DNA of 46,604 nucleotides, from IMG/VR virus record IMGVR_UViG_2565956727_000002; one strand, written 5' to 3'. Below the pieces are notes generated by a model. That model worked only from the letters and a program-made list of their open reading frames with translations. It had not been told where the DNA came from and did no database searches. This DNA comes from a virus (taxonomy: Duplodnaviria; Heunggongvirae; Uroviricota; Caudoviricetes). A program made the position numbers and the translations under genes. Each line of letters begins with the position of its first letter. Within the stretch, counting starts at the first letter, position 1. Positions 40,231 through 46,604 of the stretch are shown here, piece by piece.

Positions 40231-40638
40231 ATGGAAACAAAAAATTTAACTATCGGCGAACGCATCAGGTATCGTCGGAAAAACCTCAAACACACCCAAA
40301 GGTCTCTTGCTAAAGCCCTGAAAATCTCCCATGTGTCTGTATCACAATGGGAACGGGGTGATAGTGAACCTACAGGGAAGAACCTTTTTGCCCTCAGCAA
40401 AGTATTGCAATGCTCACCAACATGGATTCTATTTGGCGATGAAGACAAGCAACCAACACCACCTGTTGAGAAGCCAGTTGCCTTATCCCCCAAAGAACTA
40501 GAGCTCCTTGAGCTGTTTAATGCACTGCCAGAATCAGAACAGGATACCCAGCTCGCCGAAATGCGAGCTCGAGTAAAAAACTTCAATAAACTCTTTGAAG
40601 AATTACTAAAAGCCCGTCAGCGGACAAATAAAAGATAA
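40231..40638 (+). CDS. dicA: HTH-XRE repressor DicA
   Basis: 135 aa with N-terminal XRE-type HTH (…TQRSLAKALKISHVSVSQWERG…). Confidence 0.9.
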   Translation: METKNLTIGERIRYRRKNLKHTQRSLAKALKISHVSVSQWERGDSEPTGKNLFALSKVLQCSPTWILFGDEDKQPTPPVEKPVALSPKELELLELFNALPESEQDTQLAEMRARVKNFNKLFEELLKARQRTNKR

Positions 40639-40804
40639 CATCATCAATGAGTTATCTTTTACCACATCAATTATGTTAGCTATAGCATACAAAATCACTT
40701 GACCGATATGTTAGTCATGGCTAATCTTGTTTGCATCAACACACCGCACGGTGTTCTCAGCAAACAGTTCCGCTACCCCAGCGTTAAGGGGAAATGATGT
40801 CAGC

Positions 40805-40960
40805 ATGGATACTATCGATCTTGGCAACAACGAATCTCTGGTGTACGGCGTGTTTCCAAACCAGGACGGCACGTTCACCGCAATGACGTATACCAAAAGC
40901 AAAACGTTTAAAACCGAAAATGGTGCCCGTCGCTGGCTGGAAAGAAACTCAGGTGAGTGA
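40805..40960 (+). CDS. ydfA: small protein YdfA
   Basis: 51-aa product MDTIDLGNNESLVYGVFPNQDGTFTAM... from internal ATG 40805. Confidence 0.75.
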   Translation: MDTIDLGNNESLVYGVFPNQDGTFTAMTYTKSKTFKTENGARRWLERNSGE

Positions 40961-40961
40961 T

Positions 40962-41537
40962 ATGGATTTCGACACAATCATGGAAAAGGCTTACGAAGAA
41001 TACTTCGAAGGCCTTGCCGAAGGCGAAGAAGCTCTCAGCTTCAGTGAGTTTAAACAGGCACTCAGAATAAGAATGTGCTCTCACAATGACGCGGAGCACA
41101 AATATGAGAAGCAAAATCAGACCGCAGAAAATTTTGTTCTGGAACCCGGAGAAACGCTTTTCAAAATTCCCGTTACGTGCCCCATTTGCGGTTTTACATC
41201 AGAAGAACTTGACGACTCCTGTAACAATCAGGAAACAACCAAGTATGTCGAAGATGATACCGAGTGCGCACGAAGAACGATTATATCCACGAGTCCAAAC
41301 TCCAGGACCAATAAATCTCACTTTGAGAGGGTGATTAATCCACTCCCCCAAACCAATAAAAAAGATGCCGGAGGACAAAAAACCCAATGGAACAACGGGA
41401 TATCTGTCAAAAAAAGACGTTCCATTAAAGACAAACAACGCAGCGCCAACAACTGTAAGCGCTTTATACCAGTAATCAATTTTCATGTTCTTAAGCGGAT
41501 TTATTGGTGGTTGCGACATTGCTTAATGAATCCTTAA
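40962..41537 (+). CDS. YdfB/YdfC-like protein, here a single uninterrupted reading frame (about 191 aa)
   Basis: ATG 40962 with AGGTGAG upstream, overlapping the ydfA stop; contains CPICG zinc-ribbon-like motif; continuous frame where I recall two short ORFs in K-12. Confidence 0.6.
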   Translation: MDFDTIMEKAYEEYFEGLAEGEEALSFSEFKQALRIRMCSHNDAEHKYEKQNQTAENFVLEPGETLFKIPVTCPICGFTSEELDDSCNNQETTKYVEDDTECARRTIISTSPNSRTNKSHFERVINPLPQTNKKDAGGQKTQWNNGISVKKRRSIKDKQRSANNCKRFIPVINFHVLKRIYWWLRHCLMNP

Positions 41538-41796
41538 AACTGTGGTGATTTTAAGGATACCACCTCGCCTGACGTGGTTAAAAGCAGGCACACAACACGA
41601 AAGCGCACGGCGAAGTTCGTCTCACTGTACGGTGTCGTTAAATTTAATTCGACCGTGCGCTTCCGGTTGTGGCACCCCGCAAAATGGCGCGGCGGTAAGT
41701 ATGGCGGGGTTATTCCTTCCCCGTTGAGGACACCGAGTTGTCAGGTTGACCATACGCTTAAGTGACAACCCCGCTGCAACGCCCTCTGTTATCAAT

Positions 41797-41855
41797 TTTC
41801 TGGTGAAGTTTGGCGGTATCAGTTTTACTCCGTGACTGCTCTGCCGCCGTTTTTA
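41797..41855 (+). ncRNA. dicF: DicF small regulatory RNA
   Basis: Sequence TTTCTGGTGAAGTTTGGCGGTATCAGTTTTACTCCGTGACTGCTCTGCCGCC followed by a T-run, matching DicF as I recall it; terminator stem ggcgg/ccgcc. Confidence 0.8.
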
Positions 41856-42023
41856 AAGTGAATTTTGTGATGCGGTGAATGCGGCTAAGCGCACGCGGAA
41901 CAGTTAAAACCAAAAACAGTGTTATGGGTGGATTCTCTGTATCCGACGTTAATTGTTAACTGGTTAACGTCACCTGGAGGCACCAGGCACTGCATCACAA
42001 AATTCATTGTTGAGGACGCGATA

Positions 42024-42212
42024 ATGAAAACGTTATTACCAAACGTTAATACGTCTGAAGGTTGTTTTGAAATTGGTGTCACTATCAGTAACCCTGTATT
42101 TACTGAAGATGCCATTAACAAGAGAAAACAAGAACGGGAGCTATTAAATAAAATATGCATTGTTTCAATGCTGGCTCGTTTACGTCTGATGCCAAAAGGA
42201 TGTGCACAATGA
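42024..42212 (+). CDS. dicB: cell-division inhibitor DicB
   Basis: 62-aa product MKTLLPNVNTSEGCFEIGVTISNPVF... from internal ATG 42024 with GAGGA upstream. Confidence 0.9.
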   Translation: MKTLLPNVNTSEGCFEIGVTISNPVFTEDAINKRKQERELLNKICIVSMLARLRLMPKGCAQ

Positions 42213-42400
42213 ATTCAGCATTTGCGCTTGTTCTGACAGTTTTTCTTGTTTCCGGAGTGCCAGTTGATATTGCAGTCAGTGTTCACAGGACAATGCAGGA
42301 GTGTATGACTGCAGCAACCGAACAGAAAATTCCCGGTAACTGTTACCCGGTCGATAAAGTTATTCACCAGGATAATATCGAAATCCCGGCAGGTCTTTAA
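42209..42400 (+). CDS. ydfD: small membrane protein YdfD (lysis-associated)
   Basis: 63 aa MNSAFALVLTVFLVSGVPVD... with N-terminal TM helix; ATG overlaps the dicB stop (ATGA). Confidence 0.8.
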   Translation: MNSAFALVLTVFLVSGVPVDIAVSVHRTMQECMTAATEQKIPGNCYPVDKVIHQDNIEIPAGL

Positions 42401-42493
42401 AACAGTTCCGTAATAAATATCCGGTTTCATTCTTATATGCCAGCAATGGCAGGGATTTGTTCATCCTTAAATCTGTCATGAGGTTAAAACAAA

Positions 42494-44965
42494 ATGAGTA
42501 AAGTCTTTATTTGCGCCGCTATTCCTGACGAACTGGCAACAAGGGAAGAAGGCGCTGTGGCTGTAGCCACAGCCATTGAAGCTGGCGACGAACGCCGTGC
42601 TCGAGCAAAATTTCACTGGCAATTCCTGGAACATTATCCGGCTGCTCAGGACTGCGCTTATAAATTTATTGTCTGCGAGGATAAACCTGGCATACCCCGC
42701 CCTGCCCTCGATTCATGGGATGCTGAATATATGCAGGAAAACCGCTGGGATGAGGAGTCTGCTTCTTTTGTCCCGGTTGAGACTGAATCCGATCCGATGA
42801 ACGTCACTTTTGACAAGCTGGCCCCTGAAGTACAGAACGCTGTCATGGTTAAGTTCGACACATGTGAAAACATCACCGTTGATATGGTTATTAGCGCACA
42901 GGAATTGTTGCAGGAAGACATGGCAACATTCGACGGACATATCGTTGAAGCGTTGATGAAAATGCCAGAAGTTAACGCCATGTATCCGGAGCTTAAGTTG
43001 CACGCCATTGGGTGGGTTAAGCATAAATGTATTCCTGGTGCTAAATGGCCCGAAATTCAGGCAGAGATGCGCATCTGGAAAAAACGTCGCGAAGGTGAAC
43101 GCAAGGAAACCGGAAAATACACGTCTGTTGTTGATCTCGCCCGCGCCAGAGCCAATCAACAGTACACTGAAAATTCAACAGGAAAAATCAGCCCGGTCAT
43201 TGCTGCCATTCATCGCGAATACAAGCAGACATGGAAAACACTGGATGACGAACTGGCCTACGCTCTCTGGCCTGGTGATGTGGATGCCGGAAACATTGAC
43301 GGCAGCATCCATCGCTGGGCAAAAAAAGAAGTTATCGACAACGACCGCGAAGACTGGAAGCGTATCTCGGCATCAATGCGCAAACAGCCTGATGCCCTTC
43401 GCTACGACCGCCAAACTATTTTTGGCCTTGTCCGTGAGCGTCCGATCGACATTCACAAAGATCCCGTAGCACTGAACAAATATATCTGCGAATACCTGAC
43501 GACAAAGGGCGTGTTTGAGAATGAAGAAACAGACCTGGGCACTGTTGATGTTCTCCAGTCATCAGAAACACAAACTGATGCAGTGGAAACTGAGGTATCT
43601 GATATCCCAAAAAATGAAACCGCGCCGGAAGCTGAACCATCTGTAGAGCGTGAGGGGCCGTTCTATTTCCTCTTCGCAGATAAGGACGGAGAAAAATACG
43701 GTCGCGCAAACAAACTTTCTGGTCTGGATAAGGCACTGGCTGCTGGCGCCACTGAAATCACAAAAGAAGAATATTTTGCCCGAAAAAATGGCACATACAC
43801 GGGCTTACCGCAAAATGTAGATACCGCTGAAGATTCAGAACAACCAGAGCCGATAAAAGTTACCGCTGACGAAGTAAACAAAATTATGCAGGCAGCCAAT
43901 ATCAGCCAGCCTGACGCCGATAAGTTGCTTGCTGCATCACGTGGTGAATTTGTTGAAGGGATTAGTGACCCGAATGATCCGAAATGGGTTAAGGAGATCC
44001 AGACCCGCGATTCTGTGAACCAGAACCAGCATGAATCGGAACGGAACTACCAAAAAGCGGAACAAAACAGTCCAAATGCGTTACAAAACGAGCCAGAAAC
44101 GAAACAGCCTGAACCAGTGGCGCAACAGGAAGTGGAAAAAGTCTGCACCGCCTGCGGTCAGACCGGCGGCGGCAACTGCCCTGATTGTGGCGCGGTGATG
44201 GGCGACGCAACATACCAAGAAACATTCGATGAAGAGTATCAGGTTGAAGTTCAGGAAGATGATCCGGAGGAAATGGAAGGCGCTGAACATCCACACAAGG
44301 AGAACACTGGCGGCAATCAGCATCACAATAGCGATAATGAAACTGGCGAGACGGCAGATCACCCAATTAAGGTGAACGGTCATCACGAAATCACATCCAC
44401 CAGCAGGACGTGTGACCATCTAATGATCGACCTTGAAACCATGGGAAAAAATCCTGATGCCCCGATCATCTCAATAGGTGCAATATTTTTCGATCCGCAA
44501 ACCGGAGATATGGGACCGGAATTTAGTAAGACTATCGATCTGGAAACTGCTGGCGGAGTCATTGATCGGGACACCATTAAATGGTGGCTTAAGCAATCAC
44601 GCGAAGCGCAATCTGCCATTATGACCGATGAAATCCCGTTAGATGATGCACTGTTACAATTGCGGGAATTTATCGACGAAAACTCCGGTGAATTTTTTGT
44701 TCAGGTTTGGGGAAATGGAGCCAACTTCGACAACACGATTTTGCGCCGTTCATACGAACGGCAGGGGATCCCCTGCCCGTGGCGTTACTGCAACGATCGC
44801 GATGTACGCACAATCGTTGAGCTGGGGAAAGCCATAGACTTCGATGCCAGAACGGCTATTCCATTCGAAGGTGAGCGCCATAATGCACTTGATGACGCCC
44901 GTTACCAGGCAAAATACGTTTCAGTTATCTGGCAAAAACTGATCCCGAGTCAGGCTGATTCTTAA
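42494..44965 (+). CDS. large prophage exonuclease (YdfE-like) with C-terminal DEDDh 3'-5' exonuclease domain and central zinc ribbon
   Basis: 823 aa; acidic central region, CTACG...CPDCG zinc ribbon, C-terminal DnaQ-like motifs (…MIDLET…, …GNGANFD…, …HNALDDA…). Confidence 0.75.
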   Translation: MSKVFICAAIPDELATREEGAVAVATAIEAGDERRARAKFHWQFLEHYPAAQDCAYKFIVCEDKPGIPRPALDSWDAEYMQENRWDEESASFVPVETESDPMNVTFDKLAPEVQNAVMVKFDTCENITVDMVISAQELLQEDMATFDGHIVEALMKMPEVNAMYPELKLHAIGWVKHKCIPGAKWPEIQAEMRIWKKRREGERKETGKYTSVVDLARARANQQYTENSTGKISPVIAAIHREYKQTWKTLDDELAYALWPGDVDAGNIDGSIHRWAKKEVIDNDREDWKRISASMRKQPDALRYDRQTIFGLVRERPIDIHKDPVALNKYICEYLTTKGVFENEETDLGTVDVLQSSETQTDAVETEVSDIPKNETAPEAEPSVEREGPFYFLFADKDGEKYGRANKLSGLDKALAAGATEITKEEYFARKNGTYTGLPQNVDTAEDSEQPEPIKVTADEVNKIMQAANISQPDADKLLAASRGEFVEGISDPNDPKWVKEIQTRDSVNQNQHESERNYQKAEQNSPNALQNEPETKQPEPVAQQEVEKVCTACGQTGGGNCPDCGAVMGDATYQETFDEEYQVEVQEDDPEEMEGAEHPHKENTGGNQHHNSDNETGETADHPIKVNGHHEITSTSRTCDHLMIDLETMGKNPDAPIISIGAIFFDPQTGDMGPEFSKTIDLETAGGVIDRDTIKWWLKQSREAQSAIMTDEIPLDDALLQLREFIDENSGEFFVQVWGNGANFDNTILRRSYERQGIPCPWRYCNDRDVRTIVELGKAIDFDARTAIPFEGERHNALDDARYQAKYVSVIWQKLIPSQADS

Positions 44966-45037
44966 TGTTCAACTGTCGCCGGTTGTGACTGGTATTCTGC
45001 AACCGGCGCTCGTCTGATGTAAGAGATAAAGAAATCG

Positions 45038-45289
45038 ATGAGCGAAGTAATCATGATTGTCTCTCCCGGCAAATGGGTATCCGAAGAGCAGTTAATTGCG
45101 CTGAAAGGAATAAAAAAAGGTACGTTAAAAAAGGCCCGGGAAAAATCGTTTATGGAAGGAAGGGAATATAAGCATGTCGCTCATGACGGTAGGCCATGGG
45201 ATAACAGTCCATGCTTTTACAACCTGGAAGAAATTGATCGCTGGATTGAGCGCCAGGCATCAGCGAGACCAAGACGTCATCTTACTTGA
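45038..45289 (+). CDS. xis: putative excisionase / small DNA-binding protein
   Basis: 83-aa basic protein immediately upstream of the integrase. Confidence 0.55.
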   Translation: MSEVIMIVSPGKWVSEEQLIALKGIKKGTLKKAREKSFMEGREYKHVAHDGRPWDNSPCFYNLEEIDRWIERQASARPRRHLT

Positions 45290-45308
45290 CTAAAAGCCAC
45301 ACTAACTA

Positions 45309-46604
45309 ATGAGAGAAGTTGAAATGAAATATCCGACAGGCGTGGAAAACCATGGAGGGAAATTACGTATCTGGTTTGTTTATAAAGGCGTAAGAGTCAG
45401 GGAAAATCTGGGGGTTCCTGACACAGCAAAAAACAGGCGCGTTGCAGGTGAACTACGCTCCTCTGTTTGTTACGCAATAAAAACTGGTGTTTTCGACTAT
45501 GCAAAACAGTTTCCCTCCTCACGCAATCTGGAAAAATTTGGTGAGGCCCGACAAGATTTAACCATAAAAGAACTGGCTGAAAAATTTCTGGCACTGAAAG
45601 AAACTGAAGTCGCCAAAACATCACTCAACACATACCGTGCCGTCATCAAAAATATCCTGAGCATAATCGGTGAAAAAAATCTTGCCTCATCGATTAATAA
45701 AGAAAAATTACTGGAGGTTCGTAAAGAGCTACTGACTGGATACCAGATCCCCAAAAGTAACTATATTGTTACACAACCAGGGAGATCGGCTGTAACTGTA
45801 AATAATTACATGACAAATCTTAACGCCGTGTTCCAGTTTGGTGTTGATAACGGTTACCTGGCAGATAATCCGTTTAAGGGGATCTCGCCATTAAAGGAAT
45901 CAAGAACCATTCCGGATCCTCTTTCGCGGGAGGAATTTATCCGTCTTATCGATGCGTGCAGAAATCAGCAAGCAAAAAATTTATGGTGTGTTTCTGTTTA
46001 TACTGGCGTTCGCCCTGGTGAGCTGTGTGCACTTGGATGGGAGGACATAGATCTGAAAAATGGAACAATGATGATCAGGAGAAATTTAGCAAAAGACCGT
46101 TTCACGGTACCAAAAACACAGGCGGGAACCAATCGGGTCATTCATCTTATTAAGCCAGCAATCGACGCTCTCCGGAGTCAGATGACATTAACGAGACTGA
46201 GCAAAGAGCATATCATTGATGTTCACCTCAGAGAGTATGGCAGAACAGAAAAACAAAAATGCACCTTTGTTTTTCAACCTGAAGTGTCAGCGAGAGTAAA
46301 AAATTATGGTGACCATTTTACCGTTGACTCAATAAGGCAGATGTGGGACGCAGCGATAAAACGTGCCGGACTCCGCCATCGAAAATCATATCAGTCGAGA
46401 CATACTTATGCCTGCTGGTCGCTGACAGCTGGTGCTAACCCGGCATTTATAGCAAACCAGATGGGCCATGCAGATGCGCAAATGGTATTTCAGGTATACG
46501 GAAAATGGATGTCTGAAAACAATAATGCACAGGTAGCTTTGTTAAATACACAGTTAAGCGAGTTTGCCCCAACCATGCCCCATAACGAATCAATGAAAAA
46601 TTAA
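45309..46604 (+). CDS. int: tyrosine site-specific integrase (lambda Int family)
   Basis: 431 aa; catalytic region with R...HxxR...Y pattern (…GVRPGEL…, …SRHTYA…, …VFQVYGKW…); stop codon is the last codon of the window. Confidence 0.9.
   Translation: MREVEMKYPTGVENHGGKLRIWFVYKGVRVRENLGVPDTAKNRRVAGELRSSVCYAIKTGVFDYAKQFPSSRNLEKFGEARQDLTIKELAEKFLALKETEVAKTSLNTYRAVIKNILSIIGEKNLASSINKEKLLEVRKELLTGYQIPKSNYIVTQPGRSAVTVNNYMTNLNAVFQFGVDNGYLADNPFKGISPLKESRTIPDPLSREEFIRLIDACRNQQAKNLWCVSVYTGVRPGELCALGWEDIDLKNGTMMIRRNLAKDRFTVPKTQAGTNRVIHLIKPAIDALRSQMTLTRLSKEHIIDVHLREYGRTEKQKCTFVFQPEVSARVKNYGDHFTVDSIRQMWDAAIKRAGLRHRKSYQSRHTYACWSLTAGANPAFIANQMGHADAQMVFQVYGKWMSENNNAQVALLNTQLSEFAPTMPHNESMKN

Noticed and set aside
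42658-44419. Multiple minus-strand ORFs (up to 148 aa) within the exonuclease gene
   Set aside because: All are embedded antisense in the long, well-supported 823-aa plus-strand ORF

Overview
This window is an almost complete lambdoid (Qin-like) prophage in an Escherichia/Shigella-type chromosome, lying next to the MFS transporter gene ydfJ. All calls rest on reading the supplied ORF translations and the raw sequence; no database search was run. From left to right it contains: ydfJ, the cold-shock-like ydfK, a Pin serine invertase, a lambda-style morphogenetic block on the minus strand (side tail fibre, lom, J, I, K, L, M, tape measure H, G/T chaperone pair, V, U, Z, FII-like, protease-capsid fusion, portal, W-like, TerL, TerS), a moron region (gnsB-like, cspI), a phage-21-type lysis cassette (pinholin, SAR endolysin, Rz with embedded Rz1), cspB/cspF, antiterminator Q, a DUF968/HNH protein, a mok/hok toxin, then an immunity/replication region (dicC, dicA, YdaT-like, replication initiator) followed by ydfA, a ydfB/C-like ORF, DicF sRNA, dicB, ydfD, a large DEDDh exonuclease, xis and int. 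The most interesting element is an AT-rich, self-contained insertion between the hok locus and the replication genes encoding a 591-aa protein with an N-terminal PD-(D/E)xK-like nuclease motif and a central NGAQT motif, which I interpret as an AIPR-family abortive-infection (anti-phage defence) gene. Gene starts are frequently downstream of the first Met in the ORF track; I give the start I consider most likely and say so.
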